In this document: positions 18,696 through 28,425 of the stretch, in pieces
How the letters are laid out: the number at the start of each line of letters is the position of its first letter
Numbering within the stretch: the first letter of the stretch is position 1
Translations under genes and position numbers: made by a program
From: Dehalococcoidia bacterium
Lineage (GTDB): Bacteria > Chloroflexota > Dehalococcoidia > Lucifugimonadales > CAJWER01
Length of the DNA stretch: 64,000 nucleotides
Reading direction: 5' to 3'
Assembly (NCBI GenBank): GCA_965209165.1
Contig: CBDBQI010000005.1
Location: 491,440-555,439, forward strand
Notes under the pieces: model-generated
Told to the model about the DNA's origin: nothing
The model's input: the letters and a program-made list of their open reading frames with translations, nothing else
Databases searched by the model: none

Positions 18696-20249
18696 CTAAG
18701 AACACGCATCGAACAGCTTCCGCACCTCTGGCTTCACCACCTTCCCCATCGCGTTCATCGGCAGCGAGTCGACCACGCGCACGACCTGCGGCAGCTTGTA
18801 CGGGGCCAGCTTGTCGCGGGCCCAGTCCCGCAGCGACTCCCGGGTGATTTCGTGCCCGTCGTCCGCGACGATTGCCGCTGAAACCGCGTTGCCCCAGTAT
18901 GCGTCCGGCGTACCCACGACGGCACAGGCGCGCACCGACGGGTGGGCCGACAGCACCTGCTCGACCTCCTTCGCCGAAACGTTCTCCCCGCCGGTGATGA
19001 CGATGTCCTGAGAGGCCCTGCCCCATATCCGGTAGCCGCCATCCTCCAGCGACGCCACGTCGCCTGAGCAGAACCAGCCGTCGTCCGTAAACGCCTCCCT
19101 CGTGGCGTCCGGCCTGCGCCAGTACTCCCGGAAGACGCTCGGACCGCGCACCTGTATCTCGCCCGGGCGGCCCGCTGCCGTCTCATCGCCGTAGCGGTGC
19201 TGGCCTGTCTCATCATCGACGTCCAGGTCCACGAGCTTGATCTCGACACCGGGCAGAGGCATACCCACGTGCCCCGGCACCCGCTCGCCTTTAAGTGGGT
19301 TGGACAGGGCCATGCCGATCTCCGTCATGCCGTAGCGCTCCAGGAGCACGTGCCCTGTGATCTCCTTCCACTTCTCGAAAGTATCGACCATCAGCGCGTC
19401 GGAGCCGGACACCATGAGCCTCAGGCGTGAGGCGCCCCGGGACATCGCGCTCCTCCTGGCCTCATCCGCGGACTCCCACTCGCGGATTAGGGCCTTGTAG
19501 GTTGTGGGGACGGCCATATACAGCGTCAGCCCGTCTCCGGCCAGCCGCTCCCAGACGCGCCCCGGGTCGAACGACGGCTGCAGCTCGCACACCGCGCCCG
19601 TCCAGAACGCGCAGGTCATCGCGTTGATGATTCCGTGGACGTGATGGAGCGGCAGCACGTTCAGGATGCGGTCGTCGGGCGTCCAGCCCCAGGCGTCGAC
19701 CAGCGTCGTGACCTGGGCCTGGACATTGGCGTGGCTGGTCACGACGCCCTTGGGCCTTCCTGTCGATCCGCTGGTGTAGAGAAGCATCGCAGCCCTATCT
19801 GCGCCGATGCCCGGCAGCGGTTGGCCGACGACCGCATCATCGAGCAGCTCCGTGGTGAGGACGAACCGCCGCCCACGAGCCTCCGCGATCGGCCTCAGCC
19901 TGCCGGCGAGCTGGGGATGCGCGACGACTATGGATGCGTCGGCGTCGTCGACCGTGTACTCGAGCTCGGCCTCCGGGTGCGAAACCGCGAACGGGACCGC
20001 CATGCCGCCCGCGCGCCAGATGCCCCACTGCACCGCAACGTACTCGAAGCCCGGTGGTACGAGAAAGGCGACCCGCCCCTCGGCCAGGTCGGGAGCGCCC
20101 CCGAGCAGGCCTGACGCGGCGCGGGCCGAGGCGCGCAGGAGGTCGTGGTACGAGTACTCGCCCGTGTCGTCGACAACGGCGGTGCGGTCGCCATGGACCG
20201 CTGCGCGTCCGAATAGGGGGATGGCCGGCTTCTCGCCCACGGGCGACAT
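18696..20249 (-). CDS. AMP-dependent synthetase/ligase (acyl-CoA synthetase family)
   Basis: AMP-binding motif LLYTSGSTGRPKGV. The likely start is MSPVGEKPAIPLF at 20249, so the upstream ORF-track extension is probably not translated. Confidence 0.85.
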   Translation of the reverse strand: MSPVGEKPAIPLFGRAAVHGDRTAVVDDTGEYSYHDLLRASARAASGLLGGAPDLAEGRVAFLVPPGFEYVAVQWGIWRAGGMAVPFAVSHPEAELEYTVDDADASIVVAHPQLAGRLRPIAEARGRRFVLTTELLDDAVVGQPLPGIGADRAAMLLYTSGSTGRPKGVVTSHANVQAQVTTLVDAWGWTPDDRILNVLPLHHVHGIINAMTCAFWTGAVCELQPSFDPGRVWERLAGDGLTLYMAVPTTYKALIREWESADEARRSAMSRGASRLRLMVSGSDALMVDTFEKWKEITGHVLLERYGMTEIGMALSNPLKGERVPGHVGMPLPGVEIKLVDLDVDDETGQHRYGDETAAGRPGEIQVRGPSVFREYWRRPDATREAFTDDGWFCSGDVASLEDGGYRIWGRASQDIVITGGENVSAKEVEQVLSAHPSVRACAVVGTPDAYWGNAVSAAIVADDGHEITRESLRDWARDKLAPYKLPQVVRVVDSLPMNAMGKVVKPEVRKLFDACS

Positions 20250-20314
20250 TCTACCAGACAGACCAGGCTGCGCCCCTGCCCTGGAACAAGCGGGCACGGT
20301 GATACAATTGCCGC

Positions 20315-21499
20315 ATGTCGCTCGACGAAGTATTCGAGGCCGCCCGGACCCACATGAGCGGCCGCGGCATCGATGGCTGGCTCCTCTACGACTACCGCGG
20401 CTTGAACCCCATCTTCTGGGAGGCCGTGGGCCCGGTTCCACACGTCACCCGCCCCTGCTGGCTGTGGATTCCCGCAGAGGGCGAGCCCAGGCTCCTCGTC
20501 GCTTACGTCGACCAGGGCAGGTTCGGCCGCCTCGGCATTGCAACGACGCTCTACTCCGGGCGGGAGCAGATGTTGTCCGGCCTGGAGACGCTGATCGGCG
20601 GGGCCGCCCGGGTGGCGATGGAGTACTCGCCCATGGCGGAGCTTCCCCGAAACTCCAGGGTGGACGCGGGCACCGTGGAGCTCGTTCGCGGCCTGGGCGT
20701 CGACGTCGTGTCCTCCGCGGACACCGTTCAGTACGCGGCCCAGCGCTGGACCCCCGACCAGCTTGCCAGCCACCAGGCCGCCGCCGACGCACTCGGCGTC
20801 ATCGTTCGGCAGGCATTCGACCACATCGGCGACAACCTCGGCCGGGGCATCACGGAGCTCGAAGTGGCCGATTTCATCAACGCCCGTTTCACGGAGGAGG
20901 GCCTCGTGGTGACGGACGGCCCCGTCGTCGCCGTCAACGAGCATTCGTCCGACCCCCACTTCGAGCCCACGCCGGAATTGACGTCCGTGATCCGGCAAGG
21001 CGACTGGGTGCTGATCGACCTGTGGAGCCGCCTACCGGGACCGGACTCGATGTTCGCCGACATTACATGGACCGCCTTCGTAGGCAATACAGTGCCCGAG
21101 AGGCATCAGCGGGTATTCGACGCGGTAACCGGCGCCAGGGACCTGGCCCTGGGCGAGATCGAGTCCGCATTCCGGGAGGGCCGGGCGCTGCAGGGCTGGG
21201 AGTTGGACGGGGCCGCGAGAGACTTCATCGAGGACGCGGGCTATCAAGGCTATTTCAACCACAGGCTGGGCCACAGCCTGGGGAGAGAGGTCCACGGGAA
21301 CGCCGTCAACCTCGACAGCCTGGAGACGCGAGACACCCGCGAGCTAATGCCGGGAATAGCCGTCACCATCGAGCCGGGCATATACCTGCCCGACTTCGGC
21401 GTGCGCTCCGAGATAGACGTCTACATCGACGACGACGGCCCGAGGGCCACGACTGCCGTCCAGCGCGATGTGGTGCTGATAGACGGCCCAGTTCTCTGA
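20315..21499 (+). CDS. M24 family metallopeptidase (Xaa-Pro aminopeptidase/prolidase-like)
   Basis: 394 aa. HRLGHSLGREVHG metal-binding motif. Creatinase/prolidase N-terminal domain. Confidence 0.8.
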   Translation: MSLDEVFEAARTHMSGRGIDGWLLYDYRGLNPIFWEAVGPVPHVTRPCWLWIPAEGEPRLLVAYVDQGRFGRLGIATTLYSGREQMLSGLETLIGGAARVAMEYSPMAELPRNSRVDAGTVELVRGLGVDVVSSADTVQYAAQRWTPDQLASHQAAADALGVIVRQAFDHIGDNLGRGITELEVADFINARFTEEGLVVTDGPVVAVNEHSSDPHFEPTPELTSVIRQGDWVLIDLWSRLPGPDSMFADITWTAFVGNTVPERHQRVFDAVTGARDLALGEIESAFREGRALQGWELDGAARDFIEDAGYQGYFNHRLGHSLGREVHGNAVNLDSLETRDTRELMPGIAVTIEPGIYLPDFGVRSEIDVYIDDDGPRATTAVQRDVVLIDGPVL

Positions 21500-21501
21500 C
21501 C

Positions 21502-21568
21502 AAACGTTCGCCCTGGGCCTGTCGAAGAGCCTGCCCCTGTACCCGATACGGGGGCATTGCTCAGCTAG
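21502..21568. repeat. Structured intergenic repeat family, copy C
   Basis: aaacgttcgccctgggcctgtcgaagagcctgcccctgtacccgatacgggggcattgctcagctag. Followed by tggtcagtaactgg at 21603. Confidence 0.65.
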
Positions 21569-21767
21569 GCAATCGTGCTAGGTGCCCGGGCCGTGACGGC
21601 GTGGTCAGTAACTGGGACCGGGTTTCCCGATCCGTCGTTCCTGCGAAGGCAGGATTCCTGCCCGATGAACCGTCCCCCACCCAGAGGGGCGGCTGGGTGG
21701 GGCTCCCCTCCTCGCCCTGTCCCGAGTCCAGTCGAAGGGGCAGTGCTCCGCAGACCCAGAATACAGC

Positions 21768-22136
21768 CTATCCCCTGGGCTTGCGGTCCGACTCCTCCTC
21801 CACGTAGCGGTACTGGCCGTCGATCACTGCGCCGTCCGATCCCCCACTCCCGCCGCCATCGTCACCAGGAGGCCCGCCCCGGATGTGCTCCACGACCACG
21901 TCGTGAGGGGCCGCTACCAGGAACAGCAGTATGCCAAAGACGATGGCGAGCAGATCGTCGATGCGTCCCAGCGCTGGTATCATGTCGTGCACGATGTCGA
22001 ACGGGGAGACGAGGTAGATCAGGGCTGCGACGGGGATCAGCTTGGTCCGGATGGGGACACGGCGGTCCAGCATCAGCCTGAACATCAGCCGCGGGATGCC
22101 CGTCATGTTCAGCAGCATCAACGCAAGCCTTGCCAT
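21768..22136 (-). CDS. DUF1232 (YkvA-like) membrane protein
   Basis: VSPFDIVHDMIPALGRIDDL matches the DUF1232 signature. Start chosen at MARLAL (22136). Confidence 0.6.
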   Translation of the reverse strand: MARLALMLLNMTGIPRLMFRLMLDRRVPIRTKLIPVAALIYLVSPFDIVHDMIPALGRIDDLLAIVFGILLFLVAAPHDVVVEHIRGGPPGDDGGGSGGSDGAVIDGQYRYVEEESDRKPRG

Positions 22137-22226
22137 GTCGAAGGACCTCCCCGGGAACATTATAGCCCAGCACCCGTGTACAGGCCGGGCACCGGCCATC
22201 GCCGGTATAACGGAGGGCTCTTCGCA

Positions 22227-23213
22227 TTGATACAAGTCCTGCATGGTGACGACGACTTCACGATCGAGGAGACGGTCGCCTCTATGAAGGAGGAGGTCGG
22301 CCTGCCCGACCTCCGTGACGTGAACGTGACCGAGCTCGACGGCCGTGGCGTGACGCTGGACGAGGTGGCCGGCATATCCAGCACCGTCCCATTCCTGGCC
22401 GACAGGCGGCTGGTCATCGTGAGGGGGCTGCTCTCGAGGTTCGAGTCGAGCCGGCGGGGGAGGCAGGCGGCTAGGCCGAAGCCCGGCCTGGGAGAGTGGG
22501 AGGACCTGGCGGACCGGCTGGAGGCCCTTCCGGAGACCACTGACCTCGTGTTCGTGGACGGCGAGGTCGCGTCATCGAATCCGTTGTTGAGGGCCCTGGG
22601 CAAGATCGGCCAGTCCCGGCGATTCGCCCGCCCGAACCAGCGGCAGATAGCCGGCTGGATCATCACACGGGCGCAGCAGTCTGGCATATCGATAGAGCCG
22701 CGCGCGGCCGCCGCGCTGGCCGAGTCCGTCGGCAACGACCTGCGGCTGGTGGTCAGCGAGCTGGAGAAGCTCAGCCTCTACCGTTCGGGCGGCGCCATTC
22801 GCCACGAGGACGTGGCCGAGCTCGTTTCATACGCGAGGGACGCAAACATATTCGCGACCGTGGACGCAATTCTCGAAGGGCGCTCAGGCTCGGCCATACA
22901 CATGGTGCAGGGACTCCTCCAGGGAGGCGCGCCTCCCTCCTACCTGCTGGTCATGCTCGCCCGGCAGGTCAGGCTGCTCATCCTCGCCAAGGAGCTGAAG
23001 GCCGAGGGAGTGCCGGGCAATGAGCTGGGGCCCCGGCTGGGCCTGTCCGGGTATCCCCTCCGCAAGACCCTCGATCAGGAGCGAGCCTTCACGTCCACCC
23101 GCCTCGCCGAGACGCACCGCAGGCTGCTCGAAGCCGACCTCAGCATGAAGTCCACCGGGGCCGACAGCGGCCTGGTCATCGACGTGCTGGTCACCCAGCT
23201 ATCGTCGGAGTAG
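22227..23213 (+). CDS. holA: DNA polymerase III subunit delta (HolA)
   Basis: TTG start at 22227 preceded by GGAGGG. N-terminus LIQVLHGDDDFTIEE matches the HolA consensus. About 328 aa. Confidence 0.75.
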   Translation: MIQVLHGDDDFTIEETVASMKEEVGLPDLRDVNVTELDGRGVTLDEVAGISSTVPFLADRRLVIVRGLLSRFESSRRGRQAARPKPGLGEWEDLADRLEALPETTDLVFVDGEVASSNPLLRALGKIGQSRRFARPNQRQIAGWIITRAQQSGISIEPRAAAALAESVGNDLRLVVSELEKLSLYRSGGAIRHEDVAELVSYARDANIFATVDAILEGRSGSAIHMVQGLLQGGAPPSYLLVMLARQVRLLILAKELKAEGVPGNELGPRLGLSGYPLRKTLDQERAFTSTRLAETHRRLLEADLSMKSTGADSGLVIDVLVTQLSSE

Positions 23214-23242
23214 CGCGGGGCGTGGACCTGGATGTGTCCGGG

Positions 23243-24688
23243 TCAGCTGACCAGTACATCCTCGCGGGCGTAGGTGTAAGAGCCCAGGTTGTCGCTTCCC
23301 GACAACGCGACCGTTATCACCATGGGAGGCACTACCCTGCCGACGAACATCCCGGCTATCAAGAGCAGCTTGCCCTGTATCGACAGGTCGCCCGTCAGCC
23401 CCGTGCTGAACCCCACTGTCCCGAATGCAGACACGGCTTCGAATAGCAGGTCGAGGAACCCGTGGCCGCTCTCGGTGAACGCAAGGGCGAACGTGAGCAT
23501 CGACGCCCCCATGAACGAGAGGAAGGCAAGCGCGAACGCCCACTGGACCTGGTTCAGCGGCACCCTCCTCCCGAAAGCCGTAGCGTCTGAGCTTCCCCGC
23601 AGCGATGCCGCGATGGCAATCACGATCAGAGCGAACGAGTTCACCTTGATTCCGCCGGCGACCGACGCGGACGCTCCGCCGATGTACATCAGCACCGTGT
23701 AGAAGGCAGTGGTCTCGTCGGTGGCCCTGCCAAAGTCAATGGTGGAGAACCCAGAGGTGCGGTTGATGGACTGGAACAGGGAGGTGACGAACCTGTCCAG
23801 TAGGGACGCGCTCCGCAGCATCTCGTCATTCCTCGACTCGAAGACCAGGAAAACGAGGGCGCCCACCAGCACGAGGCCAATGGTGAACACCAGCACCAGC
23901 TTGGAGTTGAGCGTGAGCCCTGAAAAGTGCTTCCGCCTGAAGATATCGGCCATGACCCAGTAGCTGATGCTCCCCAGCAGTATCAGCACCGCCACCGTGC
24001 CGATGATCCCGGGGTCTTCGCGGAAGGCCGATAGGCTGGCGCTGTCGGGTATGGAAGTGAAGCCCGCGTTGTTGAATCCCGAGACCGCCTGGAAGGCCGA
24101 ATGCCAGAAGGCCTCGGACGGGGGGTACAGGAACAGGAACCTGGCCAGGAGCGCCATGAACCCGATTAGCTGGATGGCCACGGCCCAGATCACGATCCTG
24201 ACCGTAATGCTAGTTATGTTCGTGAAAACGGTCGTGCCGATCGTCTCGCGCATCACGAGGCGCTGGCTGAGCGAGATCCTCTGGCCAGCAATGACGAACA
24301 GGGCCGTCGCGATTGTCATGATGCCCAGTCCGCCCACGAACATCAGGCCCAGGATGACCGCCTGGCCCTGCAGCGTCCAGTAGGTCGCCGTCTCGACGGT
24401 GACCAGCCCCGTAACGGTGGCCGCGGAGGTGGCAGTGAACAGGGCGTCCGCGAAGAGCAGCGTGTCGCCGTGGTGAGAGAAGGGCATGCTCAGGAGGACC
24501 GTCCCCACCCCGATAAGGAGCCCGAACGTCCAGATCAGGACCAGGGTAGGCCTGGCCAGCTGCGACCTGATGCGTCGCGCGGCCCGGTCCGTCTGGAGCT
24601 CGATGCGCACGGGGAGCAGCCTCTCCATGCGCGGGTGGCGGACCACCTTGTCAGCCGGTCGGGGCGACCAAGGCTCTTGTGTGTTCAT
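23243..24688 (-). CDS. TrkH/KtrB family cation (K+) transporter
   Basis: 481 aa polytopic membrane protein. Repeated GFSTxxTG-like selectivity motifs (ATVTGL, SGFNNAGFT, TVGFSTGLTG). Confidence 0.8.
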   Translation of the reverse strand: MNTQEPWSPRPADKVVRHPRMERLLPVRIELQTDRAARRIRSQLARPTLVLIWTFGLLIGVGTVLLSMPFSHHGDTLLFADALFTATSAATVTGLVTVETATYWTLQGQAVILGLMFVGGLGIMTIATALFVIAGQRISLSQRLVMRETIGTTVFTNITSITVRIVIWAVAIQLIGFMALLARFLFLYPPSEAFWHSAFQAVSGFNNAGFTSIPDSASLSAFREDPGIIGTVAVLILLGSISYWVMADIFRRKHFSGLTLNSKLVLVFTIGLVLVGALVFLVFESRNDEMLRSASLLDRFVTSLFQSINRTSGFSTIDFGRATDETTAFYTVLMYIGGASASVAGGIKVNSFALIVIAIAASLRGSSDATAFGRRVPLNQVQWAFALAFLSFMGASMLTFALAFTESGHGFLDLLFEAVSAFGTVGFSTGLTGDLSIQGKLLLIAGMFVGRVVPPMVITVALSGSDNLGSYTYAREDVLVS

Positions 24689-24859
24689 GTGGCTTGACGG
24701 ATCTCTCGCGGCAGGTTCGCCGGCCCCTCCTGTTCACCGCTCCTCATACTTGACCCTGCACCCTCGGAACACGACGGAGCCATCCTGCCGCACACCATAC
24801 CACGAGGCGTTTGATTCGAGCACACCGGCGGCCATCCCGCGACGCCCGGCGGCTCGGCC

Positions 24860-25540
24860 CTACACGTGAATGCGCCGGGAATGCCCCCAGCGCGCGCGGT
24901 GGGCTTCGGCGAGCCCAGTAAACCGCTCCCTGTAGGCGCGCCCCTGTATCGGGGTGGTCGTCATTATGAGAGCATCCTCGCGATTGTCCGAGTAATAGGC
25001 CTTCCGGAGGCCCTGCTCGGTGAACCCGTACTTGCCGTAGAGCTTGATGGCTGCGCTGTTGGACGCCCTCACCTCGAGAGTGACGACCGCCGCCCGCCGG
25101 GCAAGGGCCTGCTCTATGGCCGACATGAGAAGAAGCTCGCCGATGCCGCAGCCCCTGTAGTCCGTGCCGACTCCCACGGCCACAACGTGGGCTTCGTCCA
25201 CCACGTACCAGAGTCCGATGAAGCCCACGATCGTCCCGTCCGCCTCGGAGTCTCTGCCCAGAAGGCTCCCGGCCAGCCTTGCAAGGCCGGCGACACGGCC
25301 GCGCATGTCGGACTGGACGGGTTCGCGTGCGGGCCGATCCGGCTCGACTCGGTCCTCGGAGGCGACCAGGTAGCTGGCGTTGCGCTTGGCCAGCTCCCGC
25401 CTGAAGGGAGTCGGAGGGAACAGGGTTGGAAATGCCTGCTTCTCTATCTCGGCGACCTCGCGCACGTCGGCCTGGGCCATCGGCCTGACCGAAAAAGCCA
25501 TCCCGGACGCCGGAGGTCTCTCTGTCGCTTTCGCTGCCAT
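24860..25540 (-). CDS. rimI: GNAT acetyltransferase, RimI-like ribosomal-protein-alanine N-acetyltransferase
   Basis: GNAT motif A in RGCGIGELLL. A C-terminal YGKYGF motif. The true start may be an internal Met (MAFSVRP). Confidence 0.7.
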   Translation of the reverse strand: MAAKATERPPASGMAFSVRPMAQADVREVAEIEKQAFPTLFPPTPFRRELAKRNASYLVASEDRVEPDRPAREPVQSDMRGRVAGLARLAGSLLGRDSEADGTIVGFIGLWYVVDEAHVVAVGVGTDYRGCGIGELLLMSAIEQALARRAAVVTLEVRASNSAAIKLYGKYGFTEQGLRKAYYSDNREDALIMTTTPIQGRAYRERFTGLAEAHRARWGHSRRIHV

Positions 25541-25583
25541 ACCGGGCTAACTGTTTGCGTCCTCAGTCGTTATATAATGCGGG

Positions 25584-26258
25584 ATGAGCGCAATAACTGC
25601 CAATTTAGGGCTGGCCGTAGCAGCGCCGGCGAGGACGACATTCATGCAGGGCGAGACAGGAACCGCCCAGCCTGACGCCCTGGAGGATCTGATACGCAGG
25701 GCCCAGGGCGGCGATACATCCGCCTTCGGGGATCTGTACGAGCACTTCTACGACAAGATCTTTCGCTACGTCATGTTCAAGACGGGCGACCGCATCGACG
25801 CCGAGGACATAACCACCGAAGTCTTCCTTCGCATGCTGGAGTCCATCGGCTCCTTCAAGTTCCAGGGGTACCCGTTCTCATCCTGGCTCTTCCGGATCGC
25901 CCACAACCTGATCGTCGACCACTTCCGCAGAAGGGCGCGCCGCCAGGTGGCGCCCCTGGACGAAGCCATGGCCGTCGCGGGGGGCTCGGCGAGCGACATG
26001 GACCACAAGATCGACATCGACCTGTCGGTGGCTGAGGTCTACAAGGCCATGGACGACCTGACGGATCTCCAGCGCGAAGTGATGTCCCTGCGCTTCGCCG
26101 CCGGCCTGTCCGTCAAGGAGACCGCTGAGGCGGTGGGCAGGAAGGAAAACGCGGTCAAGGCCCTGCAGCACGCGGCGGTCAAGAAGCTGAGAGCGACACT
26201 GAACGTATCGGCAAGGGGGGCCTTCGAGCCCGCATCACCGAGGGCGCGCAACCAATGA
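25584..26258 (+). CDS. ECF-subfamily RNA polymerase sigma-70 factor
   Basis: Region 2 (FGDLYEHFYDKIFRYVMFKTGDRIDAEDITTEVFLRM) and region 4 (LQREVMSLRFAAGLSVKETAEAVG) are both present. The start may be at the internal Met, 25644. Confidence 0.8.
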   Translation: MSAITANLGLAVAAPARTTFMQGETGTAQPDALEDLIRRAQGGDTSAFGDLYEHFYDKIFRYVMFKTGDRIDAEDITTEVFLRMLESIGSFKFQGYPFSSWLFRIAHNLIVDHFRRRARRQVAPLDEAMAVAGGSASDMDHKIDIDLSVAEVYKAMDDLTDLQREVMSLRFAAGLSVKETAEAVGRKENAVKALQHAAVKKLRATLNVSARGAFEPASPRARNQ

Positions 26259-27142
26259 GCAATCAGGACGAGCACCTGGACTACATCCTGGATCGATGCA
26301 TCGAGCGCCTCGCCTCGGGCGAGAGCGTGTCATCCTGTCTCGCGTCCTACCCGGACGACCGGGAGGAGCTGGAGCCCCTGCTCAGGATCGCCGCCGTCAC
26401 GATGCAGGCGGTGTCCGCCGTGGAGACCAACCAGGTGGCCAAGGCCCGCGGTCTCCGGGTGCTGAACGAAGCGGTCGCCGAGCGCGCCGCACGGAAGCGC
26501 TCCTTCTTCGGATGGCTGACGTCGTGGCGGCCCCAGACGCCCAGGGCGCTGATCGCAAAGCCGCTCGTTGCCGGGGTCGCGGTGCTGCTGGTGGGTTCGG
26601 GGCTGGCGTTCGGCGCGGACCGCGCGGCGGCCGACAGCGTGCCCGGCGATCCCCTCTACTGGGTGAAGACGAGCAGGGAGAACCTGTCGCTGATGATGCC
26701 CAAGTCCGACGCGGCAAAGGCGCAGGAGCACGCGCGCCTCGCGAAGGTGCGGAGCGACGAGATGGGCAGGCTCGTCCGCATGGGCGACATACCTGCCGCA
26801 CGGAAGCACTCGGTCACCATCAGCCTCCACCTCAGCCGCTCGGCGGAGCTCGTGGGCGTAACCATGTCCACGAATCCCGTAGAGATGCCCGCACGCACGG
26901 GAGCAGGCGCCCATGACAGCGACATCACGCAGCTCAAGCTCCTGCTGGCGCGCGACTGGCAGTACACGAAGGCCCTGCTGGAGCAGCAGATCAGCCAGCT
27001 GCCGATCGAGCAGCAGTCCGATCTCAGGGACACATTGCTGCGCCAGGACCTGAACTACCGCATGATCATCTCCATGCTCGACATGGCGGGCGCGCCCGGC
27101 TTGACCCCATTCTGGATCACCCAGCCCCCCGGCGGTCGATAG
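26255..27142 (+). CDS. Putative anti-sigma factor (single TM, cognate to the upstream ECF sigma)
   Basis: Overlaps the sigma gene stop (ATGA). Cytoplasmic N-domain, then TM segment LIAKPLVAGVAVLLVGSGLAF, then an extracytoplasmic helical domain. Positional and architectural inference. Confidence 0.55.
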   Translation: MSNQDEHLDYILDRCIERLASGESVSSCLASYPDDREELEPLLRIAAVTMQAVSAVETNQVAKARGLRVLNEAVAERAARKRSFFGWLTSWRPQTPRALIAKPLVAGVAVLLVGSGLAFGADRAAADSVPGDPLYWVKTSRENLSLMMPKSDAAKAQEHARLAKVRSDEMGRLVRMGDIPAARKHSVTISLHLSRSAELVGVTMSTNPVEMPARTGAGAHDSDITQLKLLLARDWQYTKALLEQQISQLPIEQQSDLRDTLLRQDLNYRMIISMLDMAGAPGLTPFWITQPPGGR

Positions 27143-27159
27143 AAGCAGGGGCGGGACCA

Positions 27160-27200
27160 CTCCCCTCTCCCCCTTGCGGGAGAGGGTTAGGGTGAGGGGG
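27160..27200. repeat. Palindromic G-run repeat (unit 1): cccctctcccccttgcgggagagggttagggtgagggggt
   Basis: Hairpin ccctctccc / gggagaggg followed by GGG-TTA-GGG-TGA-GGGGG, giving four or more G-runs (G-quadruplex-capable). A near-identical copy lies at 27394-27435. Confidence 0.55.
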
Positions 27201-27393
27201 TTGACCCCGCGTCGTTCCAAACTCCCTCTCCCCCTTGCGGAGACTTTGCGTAACCCCTTGTCGGTAGGGGCGGACCCATGTGTCCGCCCGCTGGACGCGC
27301 CATCACCGAGGCTGGCCCACCACCCCCTGGATTGGGGACAGTTCCTGCTCGCAGGAATCCGGCTTTCGCCGGAGTGACGGTTATTCGAGGGTC

Positions 27394-27435
27394 CCCCTTG
27401 CGGGAGAGGGTTAGGGGTGAGGGGGTAGGGCCCGT
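27394..27435. repeat. Palindromic G-run repeat (unit 2)
   Basis: tcccccttgcgggagagggttaggggtgagggggtagggcc. A partial third hairpin is at 27222-27250. Confidence 0.55.
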
Positions 27436-27528
27436 GTCGTTGACGCGGGTCTTCTGCTCATATAGATTCTCATCACGCACAGCCCCCGTACGGCCTGGGT
27501 GTCCGGGCCGGCCGGATGGAGGAGAGCC

Positions 27529-28155
27529 ATGAAGCTCCTGGTCGTGACAGGCGGACAGCATCCCTACGAACAGAGCACGCCGGTACTGGAGAGCTTCCTG
27601 CGGGAGGCCGGGCACGATGTCGACGTGACCGGCGAGACAGGAGTCCTGGCTTCGGGCGGGCTGGCGGAGTACGACGTGCTCGTATTCAACACCCTGCGCC
27701 GAAACGAGACGACGCTCGCCGAGGATGAGCGCACGGGAATGACCCAGTTCATCGGAGGCGGCAAGGGCTTCGTGTGCATACACATTTCGGGCGCCCTCGC
27801 GGACGCCTGGCCCGAGTACCACGACGTCAACGGCGGGGGTTGGATATTCGGCCACAGCACCCACCCGCCCTACGGCCAGTTTCGAGTGAACGTATCGGAC
27901 CCGGAACATCCCTGCGCCGGGGGCATCGACGACTTCGTGACCAACGACGAGCTGTACACCAACCTCGGATGGCGCGAGGGCAACCACGTCTTCCTCACCG
28001 CGAGTCTCGACGGCGAAACCAAGCCGATGGCGTGGACCCGCTCATACGGGAACGGCAGGGTCTTCGCGACCACCCTCGGACACAATGGTCTGAGCTTCCA
28101 GACTCCCCAGTTCCAGCGCCTCGTGCTGAACGGCATCGACTGGGCGGGCAGCTGA
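27529..28155 (+). CDS. ThuA-like (trehalose utilisation) / type-1 glutamine amidotransferase-like domain protein
   Basis: MKLLVVTGGQHPYEQS...VLVFNTL...GGGKGFVCIHIS...ATTLGH matches the ThuA family. Confidence 0.7.
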   Translation: MKLLVVTGGQHPYEQSTPVLESFLREAGHDVDVTGETGVLASGGLAEYDVLVFNTLRRNETTLAEDERTGMTQFIGGGKGFVCIHISGALADAWPEYHDVNGGGWIFGHSTHPPYGQFRVNVSDPEHPCAGGIDDFVTNDELYTNLGWREGNHVFLTASLDGETKPMAWTRSYGNGRVFATTLGHNGLSFQTPQFQRLVLNGIDWAGS

Positions 28156-28206
28156 ATCACCGGCGCCGCCCCTTCCTGCAACGCCCGTCCCAATGGAGGA
28201 AGACTC

Positions 28207-28425
28207 TTGTGCAGGAGCATCAAGACCCTGAGGCGCAACGGTCCGCCGGCCTCTACTGATGAGATAGAGGCTGCGGCGCTGCAGTTCGTCAGGAAGATCA
28301 GCGGCTACAGGAGCCCTTCGGCCGCCAACAAGGCAGTGTTCGACGCGGCGGTAGCTGAGATCGCCGATTCGTCTAGCAGGCTGCTCGGGTCCCTCAGGCC
28401 CGGGGCGAGGGCGAAGGCCAGCTAG
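28207..28425 (+). CDS. Small conserved hypothetical protein (DUF2277-like)
   Basis: 72 aa. MCRSIKTLRRNGPPASTDEIEAAALQFVRKISGYRSPSAANKAVFDAAVAEIADSSSRLL reads as a real conserved small protein. Family name recalled from memory, not searched. Confidence 0.45.
   Translation: MCRSIKTLRRNGPPASTDEIEAAALQFVRKISGYRSPSAANKAVFDAAVAEIADSSSRLLGSLRPGARAKAS

Noticed and set aside
19807-21807. 666-aa plus-strand Arg/Pro/Gly-rich ORF
   Set aside because: Overlaps the AMP-ligase (antisense) and the M24 peptidase (different frame). Low-complexity composition. No motifs.
27187-27987. 266-aa minus-strand ORF
   Set aside because: Spans the repeat-rich intergenic region and runs antisense to ThuA. No recognisable domains.
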